A stretch of 64,000 nucleotides of DNA from Rebecca billardiae RCC1528. Taxonomy: Eukaryota; Protista; Haptophyta. The DNA lies in contig OZ251246.1 in the NCBI GenBank assembly GCA_965240325.2, forward strand, positions 496,001-560,000. Reading direction: 5' to 3'. Of this stretch, positions 38,367 to 50,801 are shown piece by piece. The position numbers and the translations under genes were made by a program. The stretch's first letter is position 1; every line of letters starts with the position of its first letter. The notes under the pieces were generated by a model. That model had not been told where the DNA came from and searched no databases. It was given only the letters and a program-made list of their open reading frames with translations.

Positions 38367-39083
38367 ATGCCGCTCGAGATCCCGGACGGGTACGGCGCCG
38401 TGATCGCCACGACGGGCGTGATCGGCCTGGCGCAGTTCATCATTGGCGCGAAGGTGATGACCGCACGCGGCAAGTGCTTCAAGTCTGACGAATTCCTGAA
38501 CTCGCCCGAGACGAAGGCAATGAAGGACGAGCACAAGAAGGTGAGGAGCGCAAGCGCGCGCGAGCGCATCCACGCCGCGCGGGGCGCTGGCTCGGGATGT
38601 TTTACGCTGGCGTGTATCGCATGCCACTCTTCGCGCGCAGGCCTTCGGCAGCGAGATGAACAACATGGGGTACCCTGGTGCGTGCGCGTGCAGTGCGCTG
38701 CAGCGCGCGTGACCCGAGCGCTGCGCGCGCACATGAGCCCTCCTTCCGCGCGCGTGCGCGCCGCAGACATGGGAAGTGGGCGCTACGCGGCGCAGTTGCC
38801 GTACCCGCTCTGGGTCGAGCTGAACAACGCGCAGCGCGCGCACGGCAACATGATCGAGAGCTCAGGCCCTGTGCTCGCCTGCATGCTGGTCTCCGGTCTC
38901 ACGGCACCCAAGGCAGCGGCAGCTCTGGGCCTCACGTACGCGGCGGGGCGCTGGATGTACGCGCGCGGATACACGTCGTCGAAGGGCGCCGACGGCCGCG
39001 TGCCTGGCGCGATGATGGGCGCGCTGTCCACGCTCGGCCTCTTCGGCATGGCCATCTTCACTGGCGTGCGCGCCTCTCTGTAA
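38367..39083 (+). CDS. MAPEG family microsomal glutathione S-transferase 3-like
   Basis: Exons 38367-38540, 38641-38677, 38767-39083 give GYPDMGSGRY, NNAQRAHGNMIE and GRWMYARGY. Confidence 0.92.
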   Translation: MPLEIPDGYGAVIATTGVIGLAQFIIGAKVMTARGKCFKSDEFLNSPETKAMKDEHKKVRSASARERIHAARGAGSGCFTLACIACHSSRAGLRQRDEQHGVPWCVRVQCAAARVTRALRAHMSPPSARVRAADMGSGRYAAQLPYPLWVELNNAQRAHGNMIESSGPVLACMLVSGLTAPKAAAALGLTYAAGRWMYARGYTSSKGADGRVPGAMMGALSTLGLFGMAIFTGVRASL

Positions 39084-39903
39084 GTAGGACTGGTGGGCAT
39101 CACTCTACTTCGGGGTCTGGCGTGCACACTCGGCTCGGGCAACACCCCGCCCTTCTGGAAAGACCGCGCGCCTCTGCATCGTCTGGGACCCACTTCCGCT
39201 TCAAGGGTTGCCATCAACGGTGTGCGCAAGTGCGCGGGATGGCGCCAATTCGTTAAGACAGCAGCCAGTCAGACTGTGTTGCTCGGGCTTACTCGATGCA
39301 CGTCTTGTTGTGTGCACACCACACGGTACTAGCTACTCGGCGGGTGACTAGTTACAGTACTGGCGCAGCCGTCGCCGCGCAGCGCGCGCCGGCGCGGCGG
39401 TCAGACGGCGGCGCTAGTATCGCGGCGGCCGTCAGACGAGACGGCAGAGCCAACCGCAAGCCGGGTCGCGCGGACGGCAGGCAGCGTGCAGCGGCCGCCG
39501 CGCCGGGCGCGGCGCGGCGCGGGCGCGGCCTGCGCGGCTGCGCAGGCTGCAGCCCGGTCCCGGGTCGCGCGGGCCTCGCGCGAGCGACCGGAGAGCGTCG
39601 GATGACGACGTCGATGACGACGACGAATTTACAACAATAATAATTAGTTATTATTATAATATATATATTATTTAGTTAATAATAACGCCCCTCGTCGCCT
39701 CGTCGCCACGAGTAACGCGGCTACTGTAACTGACGACCGGCCCGAGGACCGTCAGATGACACTGGTTGATGACGATAGCAAATAATAAGCAGCAATATGA
39801 TATGACTCTAAGCTACTGATGCAGCGAACGTCTCAGCGCAGCATGTTCATTCATTCATATATCATCATTGCGCTGCACTTCGGCAGATGACGATGTGTCG
39901 TCG

Positions 39904-41250
39904 TCACCCACGCGCACAATCCTCGTGCTGCACGCCGCACAGCCGGCCGGCGAAGCGGTAGTGCTCTCCCGTCGGCTCGTCAAGCCCCGTGCCGTTCGCA
40001 GCGTCGACGCTCTTGGGCAGCCGGCCACCGCTGATGCACAGGTCGAGCAGCTCGCTCGCGCGGTCGAAGGGCGTGCCGCGCCGGCCGCAGCGCGCGAAGA
40101 GGATGCCTCGTTCGACGAGCGCGGCGCGGATCAGCTCAACCATCGCGTCGTCGGAGAGTCCGGCGCGGCGCGGCGCCGACGCCCACGTGAAAATGTTTTC
40201 AAATGCCGCGTTGCCGTGCGACTGCCGCCGCACGCTCTCCCACGCATCTGGGCCGACCACGCCGGCCGCGACGTCGGTCACATTGACAAACGTGAGGCCG
40301 AGCCTGAGCGCGTGCGGCCGCGCCCAGTGGTAGAAGCACTCCTCGAGGTAGAAGGTGGAGCGGCCGTGCTCGCGCACGAGCTCGAGGGGCGCGCTCGGCA
40401 GCCCGCGCCGCACGTACTCGCTCACCTCCTGCACGCGCCACAGCCAGTGATACGCCTCCATCGCATAGAAGGACGGCCGCGCGGGCTTGGCCTTGCGGCG
40501 TGCGCCGCGCGCCTGCGCGAGCAGCCGCTCGCACGTGCCGAGCGAGCGGCGGTGCCGCGTGACGGTGTGCCCCTTTGCCGGGTACGGCGAGTAGAGCACC
40601 GTCCGGCCGGCCGCCTCGTACCGCGTCGCCGCGTGGCACACGCCGCGCCGCAGGACGACGCCTTCGGAGTCCGTGACGAAACAAGTGCCCTCTCTCGCGC
40701 TCAGGCAGCCGTACAGCTTCTTCGCGCCCTGCAGCCAGAAGAACCACGCGCCGTCGAAGTGCGCGAGCGTGCCGTTCGCCGGTGGCGCGACGCCCGCCTC
40801 GAGCAGCACCTCGTGCAGCGTGCGCACACGGAAGCGCGCGAGCAGAGGGAGCGCCGCTCCGCGCGGCGCCGGTGCGACACAGCCGGCGGGCACCGCGGCG
40901 CGGCGGTGGATGCCCCAGGCCTCGCCGGCGCCGATGCGCGCGAGCGCGGCTGCGAATTCACGCTGCTCCTCCACGCTGCTCACGACCGTGAGGTACGTCA
41001 CGCAGCTGTACGCGCAGCCGGACGGCTCCTCGGGCAGCGACTTCACGATGGAGCGCATGAAGCGAAGCCATTCGCGCAGGTGGCCGGCGTAGCTCGGCAC
41101 GACGACCGTGAGGCGGCCGAGGTCGGCAGGGGGGCTTTGGGCGAGCGCGAATGCGCAGACGCCGTCTTCGCCGCCCAGCCGCGCACCGAGGAGCAGCAGC
41201 GTCGCGAACGGCAAGGCCTTGCCGTTCGCGCGGCCGTCGGCGGCGGCCAT
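39904..41250 (-). CDS. Glycosyltransferase-like protein (DUF6492-like)
   Basis: Intronless ORF with VVVPSYAGH, WLQGAKKL and FVTDSE. Family call is tentative. Confidence 0.5.
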   Translation of the reverse strand: MAAADGRANGKALPFATLLLLGARLGGEDGVCAFALAQSPPADLGRLTVVVPSYAGHLREWLRFMRSIVKSLPEEPSGCAYSCVTYLTVVSSVEEQREFAAALARIGAGEAWGIHRRAAVPAGCVAPAPRGAALPLLARFRVRTLHEVLLEAGVAPPANGTLAHFDGAWFFWLQGAKKLYGCLSAREGTCFVTDSEGVVLRRGVCHAATRYEAAGRTVLYSPYPAKGHTVTRHRRSLGTCERLLAQARGARRKAKPARPSFYAMEAYHWLWRVQEVSEYVRRGLPSAPLELVREHGRSTFYLEECFYHWARPHALRLGLTFVNVTDVAAGVVGPDAWESVRRQSHGNAAFENIFTWASAPRRAGLSDDAMVELIRAALVERGILFARCGRRGTPFDRASELLDLCISGGRLPKSVDAANGTGLDEPTGEHYRFAGRLCGVQHEDCARG

Positions 41251-42852
41251 TGTTCTATCTCGCCTGCTGGGCCAGCACGTCTTGTTCACCAGCAAGCTCT
41301 CCCCACTGGGGACACGGCACCCAGCGGCAGGGTCGGAGAAATCAGAAAATCGGCGCGCTTTTTATTTCCGCCTTGCATTTATTCAGCCGCGCGCTGCGCG
41401 GCGGACGCGCGCGTCTCGGGCGAGCGGGCGACGGCGCCGCGCTCCCGTGCGTGTGGACGATCCCGCGAGCGCAGAGCCGGCGAGCTAGGCTGGGCAGTCG
41501 TGCTGAAGTGCCATTCGCCGCTTCGCGCCGCGCATCGCATTCGGCTGTACTTGCCTCGGGCCAGCACTTGTCTGTGCACACCGCCACACGGCCAGCCTCG
41601 CCCGCGTGCGCCATGCGAGGCGAGACACATACGGAGCATGCGCTTCCGCGCGGCGAGGCCTACGCTGTACGCACTGCGCTACCTTGCGCCGCCGCGCATG
41701 AGCGCGGGTCCGAACAGCTGCGTTCAGGTGTGCTGATTGCATCATTCATACGAGCCGATTGGTCGAACAAGCGCTCTGGCCCGACGATGACGTTGCAGCG
41801 CACGCCATGCTGATATGCGGTGACGCGGAGCATGTGCGCTCGCGCGGAGTGGCCACACACGTGACCGCTGTCCAGCTCTGCCCCGGCATTGAACTCCCTG
41901 ACTCGTGCTCCGACGTCAATCTTGGCCCGAGCTAGTACGTGCATGCATGCGTGCTGATGCAGAACATACCTGAACGAGGCCCATGATGGCCTGCGTGTAT
42001 GTGCCTCCTCGGATGACACGGCGCGTGTATGAATGTGTGTATACTACCTTGTCAAGCAGTAGCTCACGTTTGGACGTTCGTGTCGAACTTGACGGTGCGC
42101 ATCGTGCACACACGGTCAGCCTTGATAGACGCACCCGTGCAGCCGGAAGGCAGCATCAGCCTGCCTAAGACGTGAGCATCCAGCCCCGACGCCGCTTCCG
42201 GTGCCTGAATGGCGCGCGCTCCTTTCACGCGGGAATGTGCTCACTACATCACTATCCAGAAGGGCGCATGTCAGTGCTTTGCATGCTCACACGACCCTCG
42301 CCGTAGGTCGATGCCAACCGCTGCGTGATGCTCGATCATGCCTTTTGACGGCTGTGTGACCCGTGCAGATGCGTATGCCAGGCAGCGTACTGTGACGAGC
42401 GATGCCGCGTGCATAAACTACCTGGACATTGCCCAGTGCAACCAAGTGCCGGAAGCCGACGCCGCTGCTCGCGGCACGCGTGCAGTCAGCCGAGGAATGC
42501 ACACAACTTCCTTGTTGGTGCGGCGCACGCGATGGCCTGAGGCGCGGCGGATGCAGTGATTCCGAACGGCGAGCGGTGGAACGACGCAAATGGCTGCTCT
42601 TCAGCCGCGCTCAACCACGCGCACCGCCTTCGCGGGCACGCAACTACCGCAGGAGGGCGCGCAGTCGGCGCCCATCTCGCCCCTCCAGCGCCGCCCAGCG
42701 CGCTTCAGCGCAGCCGCCAGCGGCAGAGGTTGGTGGTGCTCTGACGGCATCACCAACATATTCGGAAAAGAAAATCCCCACCCGAAATTCCTGCGCCCAG
42801 TGGCCGACGCTGGAGCCCGCGCCCGTCAGCTCGAGTGCTTCCGCGCGTCTGG

Positions 42853-43491
42853 ATGTCATCGCCGTTCGCCGAGAAGGTCGCGGTGGGCGGACCGCCGCTG
42901 CCCGCAGCGCCGCTGGGATCGGCGTTCGGCGCGACGGACGGCCCGGAGATTGAGCTCTTCCTCGACCTCGCCTGCCCATTCTCGCGCAAGCTCTTCATGT
43001 CAGCGTATGGCGATGAGACGGTGCGCGCATCGGGTGCGCGCTTTGTCATGCACCAGGTGCCGCAGCCGTGGCACTGGCAGTCGGCGGTGATGCACGAGGC
43101 CGCGCTGGCCGTGCGGCAGCTCCGTCGCGACGCCTACTTCCCCTTCGTCGCCGCAGTCTTTGCCGCGCAGGAGTCGTATGTCGACTCCGCCGTCGCCGCC
43201 GAGACGCGCGAGGCGGTCGCCACCCGCCTCGCAGCGCTGGCAGAGGCGGCGTGCGGCGTGCCGGCGGCAGAGGTGCGCGGGCTGCTTGCAACCGGCGAGG
43301 GCAACTCCGGCACCGCCGTCACGCAGCAGGTCAAGTGGGCGGTCAAGCACCACCGCGCGCGGGGCGTGCACGTGACCCCGACAGTCTTCGTGCACGGGAT
43401 CGAGGCGCCACAAGTGTCCTCGTCCTACTCCAAGGAGCAGTGGCTCGAGCTCGTCGGAGAGCTGCGCGTGAAGGGCGGCTGGGCAGCGTGA
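42853..43491 (+). CDS. Thioredoxin-fold DsbA-like protein (CxxS)
   Basis: Motifs ELFLDLACPFS, QVPQPWH, RARGVHVTPTVFVHG. Confidence 0.85.
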   Translation: MSSPFAEKVAVGGPPLPAAPLGSAFGATDGPEIELFLDLACPFSRKLFMSAYGDETVRASGARFVMHQVPQPWHWQSAVMHEAALAVRQLRRDAYFPFVAAVFAAQESYVDSAVAAETREAVATRLAALAEAACGVPAAEVRGLLATGEGNSGTAVTQQVKWAVKHHRARGVHVTPTVFVHGIEAPQVSSSYSKEQWLELVGELRVKGGWAA

Positions 43492-43685
43492 GGAGCGCAG
43501 CGGCGTGCGGTTCGCCGAGACTCGCGATGACAGTAGCAGCACAGGCTCCATCACAGGCTGCCGGACTCGAGCTTGCTCGGGTTGGGCTCACGCCCACGGC
43601 TATGCATCGGCCCATTATTATTGGCCATTGGTCATCATATATATATATCATTGGCCATCATTGCATGCCCTGCTGGCCGCCCGCC

Positions 43686-43688
<3 letters not shown>

Positions 43689-43776
<88 letters not shown>
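43689..43776. repeat. (GA)44 microsatellite
   Basis: Directly visible. Confidence 0.95.
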
Positions 43777-43783
<7 letters not shown>

Positions 43784-44179
43784 CTTAGCAAGCGCCTAAC
43801 GGCGCCAGCATACCGCCGCCCGTATATATAGCAGTCGTATAGTACGTATAGTAGTGGCGGGCGATACTTGACGGGACCCGCGCGGCCCGTCGGCGGACCG
43901 CGACGGAGCAGCCGATTAATGCGCAGACTACGATGCTGATAGATGCGATTTATTAAAAGCGCTACTATTATTATCATCGATTATTATTATATTTATAATA
44001 ACGCTATACTGCAGATGAGACTTGAGAGGCAGAGTCAGTCATCCGCCGGTGTCACGCAGAGACTATACCCATCCGTCCTGGGGCCATCGGCGGAGTGCGT
44101 CCATCCGAATCCATCCAGTGTCGACAGGCGCGCGTCGGGTGGCGCCGTCGTCGTCCATGCTGCGCCGGGCTGGCACATA

Positions 44180-45247
44180 TCAGCACGGCCCTTCGCGTGC
44201 ATCGGCATTGCTGCCAGCACTTGCACCGGTCGCCGCATTCGCCCCTCCCAGCGCGCCCCACCTGCGCAGCAGCTCGTACACGGCTGCGCTCGCGGCAGTC
44301 GCGACGTTGAGCGAGTTCTTGGCGCCAAAGGTGGGCAGGTGGACGACCGCGTCCACCTCGTCGAGCACGCGCGCGTCGACGCCGGCGATCTCATTCCCGA
44401 GCACCAGCGCGAGCGGCGGGCGCAGCGCCTCCGTGGCGCGCGCCGAGCCGTCAAACAGGCTCAGCCCTCCCTCGGTTGTCTCAGCCGCGCACACGCGCAC
44501 ACCGCTCGCGCGCAGCTCGCGCACAGCGGCGAGCGCGCTGGGCGCGTGCGCGTGCACGACGAGCTCGGCGGTTCCCATCGCCGTCTTGAGCAGCCGCGGG
44601 TGCGGTGGCGCGGGCGTGATCCCCGCCGTCACCACGCGCTCCAGCCCGGCGCACTCGGCGAGCCGAAAAATATTCCCGACATTCTCGGCGGAGCGGATAT
44701 TGTCTAGGACGAGTGTGAGCGCGTGTGCGGGCGGCGGGCGGGCAGCGAGCGCGGCGTCGTGGTTGCGGAGCCACTCGGCGCGCTGCGCGCGGTACTCGCG
44801 TGCGAGGAACGCGATTTGGTCCGCGATCACGCGCGCGCGCGACGGGTGGTCGCTCGCCTCGAGCGCGCCCGCCGTGCGCGGGAACACAAACGCGTTGTAC
44901 GTGCGCAGCGCGGCGGAGCCCTTGAACGACGGGTCGTCGAGGAAGTCGAGCGCGTCTGCACCGTGCGCGAGCGTCAGCGCGGCGTGGAGACGCGCACGCC
45001 GCTCGGCGACGCCCGGGAAGCGCGAGTCCTGCTGCTCGACCGTGCACGTCGATCGCGTGTGATTCCTCGTACTGGTGGCATCGGCGGCACCGGGCGGACC
45101 AGCGTCAGCACCATCGTACGCGCACGCCCGTATGATGTAAGGCCTAGATCGCGGCGGCGGCGAGGGAAGCGGACGTCGCACGCCGCCCATGGCCGTCGCC
45201 AATACTGCTGCAAGCAGCGGACGACACGCGACGATCGCGGCCGACAT
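44180..45247 (-). CDS. SpoU/TrmH family RNA methyltransferase, probably organelle-targeted
   Basis: Motifs LVLDNIRSAENVGNIFR, LVLGNEIAGV, KNSLNVATA. Signal-like N-terminus. Confidence 0.92.
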   Translation of the reverse strand: MSAAIVACRPLLAAVLATAMGGVRRPLPSPPPRSRPYIIRACAYDGADAGPPGAADATSTRNHTRSTCTVEQQDSRFPGVAERRARLHAALTLAHGADALDFLDDPSFKGSAALRTYNAFVFPRTAGALEASDHPSRARVIADQIAFLAREYRAQRAEWLRNHDAALAARPPPAHALTLVLDNIRSAENVGNIFRLAECAGLERVVTAGITPAPPHPRLLKTAMGTAELVVHAHAPSALAAVRELRASGVRVCAAETTEGGLSLFDGSARATEALRPPLALVLGNEIAGVDARVLDEVDAVVHLPTFGAKNSLNVATAASAAVYELLRRWGALGGANAATGASAGSNADAREGPC

Positions 45248-45710
45248 GCTTCCTCCTTTTTAGAACATGCATGCAGGTGTGTGACGGTGAAAGTAGTATT
45301 ATAAGTCATCCAGCATCTAGTTAGGACCCCCATAGTAGACGGTTACTACTATCAGATATCATCGGCACTACTAGTAGCTATATTGCATCGTCATCATTCA
45401 CTGAGTCTACTGATGGCCCAGTATGATGGGGATCATATATGCCGATCAGATGCAGCGTGGTGCCGCGCGAGTCGCGCGAGTCGCGCGAGTCAGCGCTCCG
45501 AGTGCCTGCTCACACTCACAGCTCAGCCGGCTGCCTGCTGGCTCTGAGGCCACTGAGCCATCCGTGAGGCTCCGTTCAGGCCACCATTGCATTAGGCGGG
45601 CAATGCTTGAGCCCGGCGGTGCCAAAGCGTCACATGTGCCGCGCGGGGGCGGCATGTCTGGGCATGAGACCGCTCGCGAGCAGTCCCCCGGCTCGCGACG
45701 GCCCACTCAC

Positions 45711-47698
45711 TCAGCATGTCCTCTTGACACCGATCTTCTCGAGGAAGCTCCGCTTCGAGCCCACCGCGAGCTGGTGCAGCAGCTTGCTCGCGTTCGGGCC
45801 CGTGCGCCACGCGGTCATGATCGCGTCGACCTCGCTGAACTCCGGCCGCAGGTTTGGGTCGTGGTTCCAGCACGCCTCGACGAGCGCGACGACTTCCGGC
45901 GGCCACGCCTCGGGGATTTTAGGACGGTGCCTGCGCGCCGCGTTGCGCGCCACCTGCGACGCGTGCAGCCGGAGCTGCTCCTCCGCGTGCTGCCGCAGGA
46001 AGAGCTCGAACATGATCATGCCTGCGGCGCCATGGTTCCGCCGCGCGATGAGGCGCGAGTGTCGCGCGCCGCACGTTGCAAGCAGAGTCGGTGCGCGGGG
46101 CCGCGCGGGGGAGGCAGGGAGGGGGAGGGTCAGCGGCGTGCGTGCGCGGGCGTGCGCGCGGCGTGCGATTGCGCGCACCGAAGGAGTACACGTCCACCTT
46201 GTGCGTGTAGTCGTCACCGCGGAAGTTCTCAGGCGCCTGCGCGCGCGTCACACGCACGCGTCACGCGCGCGCGCGTCGGCACGGCCGGGCGCGGTGGCGC
46301 GCGCAGGCGCGTCGGCACTCGAGCTTCTCAGGCGCGGGCGCGCGCGTGCGCAGGGCGCGCGCGTGCGCAGGGCGCGCGCACGCGCCGCGCACCATGTATC
46401 GCAACGAGCCGACGGCCGCGGTCATGTGGAAGCTCTCCCAGTTCGGCTCGGGCAGCGGCGGCGGCTTGCGCAGCTGCCAGGGCAGCCCGCCGCCGTGCGC
46501 GTTCAGCTCGGCCTCCGCCTCCGCCTCCGCCGCCATCCGGTCGCCCTCCTCGCGCATACGCTGTCGCTCGCGCCTCTCCATCGCCTGCCGCGCGGCGTTG
46601 ATGTGCGTCTCGCGCGCGGCGTTTTTTCTGCGCTCGATCTCGAAGGACGCGAGCCCAAAGTCGCACACCTGGCGCGACCGCCACCGTGCGTGCAGTCAGC
46701 GGCCGGCAGCAAGTGTGCGCGTGCGCAGGAGTGAGCGCGGCAGTGTGGGAGGCGGCGGCGCACGCCGCGTGGTGGCGCGTGGCGGGCGCGGGGAGTGCGG
46801 CGCGGGGCAGCCGGAGGACACGCGAGCTGCGCGCGGCGCACCTTGGCCACCTTCGCCGTGCCGCAGATCAGCACGTTCGCCGGCTTGAGGTCGCGGTGGC
46901 AGATCGTCGGCGTCGAGGTGTGCAAAAAGGCCATCCCTGAAGCAATTTCATTGGCCCACTTCATGCCCTCCGTCTCGGTGAAGTGGCGGGCGAGCTGGCC
47001 CTGGTGCACCTCGAGCAAGGCCTCGAGCGAGCCTGCACGGAGGGGGCGGCGCGCGGCGCGTGAGGGCGGGCTCGGTGCTCCACCGAGCCACCGCGCGGCG
47101 TGCCGCTGGCCCAGGCGGCGCGACTGCCTGGCACGGGCGTGCGCGGCGCGGCGCCTGGCAGCGGCGCGGCGCGCGCACCGTGCGCTGCGTATTCCAGGAC
47201 GAGCGCGAGCTCCTCGTCCCCGTCCGCGTCCGCGAACACGCCACAGCCGATGTAACCGATCACGTTCGGGTGTATCAGCTTGCGCAGCACGAGCACCTCG
47301 TGCACAAAGTCGTCGAACGCGAACGCGCGCGCTGTCGTGAGCGAATCCTCGTCGTCCCCCGGGCCGCGCGCGCCGTACTTCTCGAGACGGTCGCGCAGCA
47401 TCTGCTGGCGCGTCTTGAGATGCTTCACCGCCACTAGGCCCCCATTCTCCGACACCAGCTCGGCTCGTCGCGTGCCCGGCGGCGCCGAGTACCGGCACTT
47501 GTACACGCAGCCAAACCCGCCACGGCCGAGCAGCGACATGAACTCGAGCTCGTCGGCCGTGATGACGTGCTCCGAGCTGACCAAGCCGCGGTTGAGCTTC
47601 GTGTAGGCTTCGCTCGACCCGTTCAGCAGCGGCACGAGGTCGCGCAGGTCGGCCCCGTGCACCTCCTCCGCGAGCGCGTCTACCTCCCGCGCCGTCAT
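45711..47698 (-). CDS. Tyrosine-kinase-like (TKL) protein kinase
   Basis: Exons 47698-47179, 47032-46842, 46668-46393, 46236-46179, 46021-45711. Motifs GRGGFG, VAVK, HRDLKPAN, DFG, YMAPE, DVYSFG, CW..RP. Confidence 0.92.
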
Positions 47699-48333
47699 GA
47701 TGGCAGCTTCCTACGCTTGCTGCTCCCCTTCACACCGGTCTCGTCGACGCACATGCCGCGCGAGGTCAAGCCCACCGCTGACGACAAGCGCCCAGCTCTG
47801 AAACCATGGGCCAATAGCTAAACCGCTACCACGGCAGCCAATCGCAGGCATCCGCACACCGACATACACTGTAGAGTACGGACACGGACGTACCATACAA
47901 TACATACCCCTCCAGCACCTGCAACGAACGGTTCGCCACGATCGACAGGTCCTTTCCGGAGTTGGGACGGTCACGGTAGAGCTGCCGCGCCGCCCCGCGT
48001 GCTCGTCCGTCGTTCCGCGACTCCACCAGGCGCGTGGCGGGTTGCGGGCCCGGTGGCACTCCTTATTCACGGCTAGGCCCAAGCTAAACTTGAAACCGAT
48101 GCTGCCAGGTAGTAGCGGCAATTCTCGCTGTCGCCGAAAGCCGCGCGGCCGCGCGCCGACGAGTGATACACGTGTGCCAATTGAATCACGCGGACCGCAC
48201 CGGAACGCCGCCGACAGATGGCTCATGCCGCACGCGAGCCGCGATGCCCTCCAAGGGCATCCCTGTGCCCACGCGCCCCTCCAGTCGCAGCCAGCCACGC
48301 GTATCCCAGGTCTGCCCGGCGCCAGCGATGCAC

Positions 48334-50035
48334 TCAGGTCTGCTTGCCTGTGTTTGGGCGCGGGCAGCAGCTGGGCACACGAAACCCCTGCCGGATGCCG
48401 CTGAGCACGGACGGGTCGCGCTCCGCCGAGGCGCGCACGCTGGCGATCCCATCGACCACGACGGACATCTCCGGCCGTGCGCGCGCGTCGTCCTGCCAGC
48501 AGCCTTCGAGCAAATCCCGCAGGTCCTCGGGCCAGCTCCTCGGCAGGTGCGGACGCAGGCCAGAGATCGCGACGTGCTGGGCGACCTGCTCGCCCGTGAA
48601 GTAGAGGTCGGCGTACGCGCGGCTCTGGGAGAGCACCTCCCACGCGAGCACGCCGAAGGAGAAGGTGTCGACGCGATGCGAGTACGGCAGATTCTTCCAA
48701 TTCTCCGGCGCCTGCCGGGCGCGGCGGGCGGGCGGGGGCGCGGGCGCCACCGTGCGCCGCCGTGCAGTAGTGAGTTGTGTGCTGCCGCGCACCGGCGATG
48801 CACGCACGTACCGAGCCGCGGCGGCGCGCAGCCGGCGCGCCGGGCCGCGCCAAAACCGCCCGTGCGCGAGCCACCGGCGGGTCTCTCCGCGTCCGCCGCG
48901 CACACGGCGCGCATGAGAGCGCGCACCATGTACCGGACTGAGCCGGTGCGCCCGGTGACGATGGCGTGCCGGATGGATCTGGGGGCCATCCAGCTCGTGT
49001 GGTTTGCGAACGAGTGGGACACGGTGAAGGGCGGCGCGCCTTCGGGGACGTCCTCGTCGTCGTACCCCTGCGGCGCGGCGCCCAGCGCGAGCACGGGCGC
49101 TCCCCTGCGGTTCGAGCTGCCGCCGTCCGCCCAGCGCTCTGGCGGCTGGATGCGAAAGAGCGAGTAATCGGCGAGCTTGGCGCGCCCGTCCGAAGTGAGG
49201 AGAATGTTCTCAGGCTTCATGTCCCGGTGTGCAACGTGCCTGCGCGGTGTACGGGGCGGCGCGGGGCGCGCGCGCGCTCGGCTCAGCCACCGCGCCACCG
49301 CGCCTGACCCCTGGGTCAGGCGGAGCGACGACGACGGGCGGTGCGGCGCGCCGCGCCGTGCCGCGCAGCGCGCGCACACCCGCACTCGGCAGAGTGCAAA
49401 TGTGCAAGCGCTCTCGCCACGTCATGCAGCCAGCGCAGGCCGTCGGCCGGGTTGTAGTCGCGCATTTCGATGCGCTCCTTCAGCGTGCCACCCTCCGCGA
49501 ACTCCTGCACGATCGCGAACCGCTCCGGCTCGTTACTGCCGTCGGCGGACGGGTACGCGAAAGCTCCATGGTAGCGCACGACGCACTCGTGATTGATGGC
49601 CTTGAGGAGGACGGCCTCGGCGAGGAAGTTGACGCTCTCGTGCGCGGGCATCGGCACGATGCGCCGCTCGCCCGGCGCCTGCGGGTGCGGCTCCGCGATC
49701 ATGTGCGTCTTCGCCATCTTCACGGCGACGAGCTCGCGCGGCGGCTCCTCGCCAGACTTGGCGATGCGCGCGCGCGCGTCGGCCGAGAGCTCGCACAGGT
49801 CCACGCGGGCAAAGGCACCCTCGCCGAGATGGCGGATGGAACGCACATCGTCGAATGCGATGGGCGAGCCATTGAGCGCGAGCGTGCGCAGCTCTGCCGC
49901 GGGGCCCTCCGTCACCTTGTCCACACGGAACTCGGATGCGTTGACGATCCGCGCGAGCTCGCGCAGATGCGCCTTGCCGTCGCGATGCTTGGTCGAAGTG
50001 CTGCTGGCAGAGCTCATCCCAAGGGCGTGCAACAT
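48334..50035 (-). CDS. TKL protein kinase with DYS in place of DFG
   Basis: Exons 50035-49386, 49239-48927, 48711-48334. Motifs GEGAFA, VAVK, HRDMKPEN, ADYSL, YMAPE, DTFSFG. Confidence 0.88.
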
Positions 50036-50801
50036 TATGCGACCCGGGCGCGCGAACGCAGTCGCGCCGTCGATCGACGAGTGCGCGCTGTGTGTGAGCC
50101 CGTCGTGCGGAGACGACGGACCACCCGCGAGGCTTGATGGCGCAATTGCGCGCCCGACTGTGGTCTCCGATTTGCGGCGTTTACGTACCCACCGAATCTT
50201 GAGAGGCGATGCGATGTTCCGCGCGCGCCCAACTGACGACGCTTCTCCGCCCCGGGCGGCTATGATATGATACTATTTGGGCCCTTACTCATTCTATGAT
50301 ATTATTGGGTGCGTCCACAGTTCAACAATAGTTTCGGGCGCAATCTCATTTGATTATTGCTGAGCTTCGCATTAACCACATGATATTAAAGTGAGAGCCG
50401 AGTAATGTTTCGAGCGTGTGCGGGACGAACCAGATGCTTGATAAGCCGTTGGGTCTCCTCCAATGAGCATCGACGATCTCGCTCGAATCCCGTTCGTTCG
50501 TGCTTCGAACTTTCATTCACTAAATTACAGAGAACCCATTCCGGGTATCTTGATCGGACAGAGTCAGACTACGGTGCCTTCACGGTAGCGTCACTTATGA
50601 TCGATAGGACTTCGCAGGACCGTCCGTCCTGCCGACTCGTCATGCGGGCCGGGACGGGGCCAGGCCCAGCAGGCTAGTGGTAGTGCTGAGTGCGGCAGCG
50701 GCACCGTGCGCGCGCTGGCCGCTGCACGCCCACGGACTCTGCAGGCGGCCTCTGACGTGGCCGCTACGGAGTACGGGGCGCCACTGCGCGATGGCATCTC
50801 G

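Noticed and set aside
42360-42440. MYND-like peptide CQAAYCDERC...H
   Set aside because: An in-frame stop lies just upstream, there is no clear gene model, and it is far from ZMYND10 beyond intervening genes.
46284-46302. SRP/Alu-like GCCGGGCGCGGTGGCGCG
   Set aside because: Chance match in a GC-rich kinase intron with no further SRP structure.
50520-50575. U6-like ACAGAGAA and RNase P CR-V-like ACAGAGTCAGACTAC
   Set aside because: No U6 continuation (GATTAGCA) and no CR-I partner was found.
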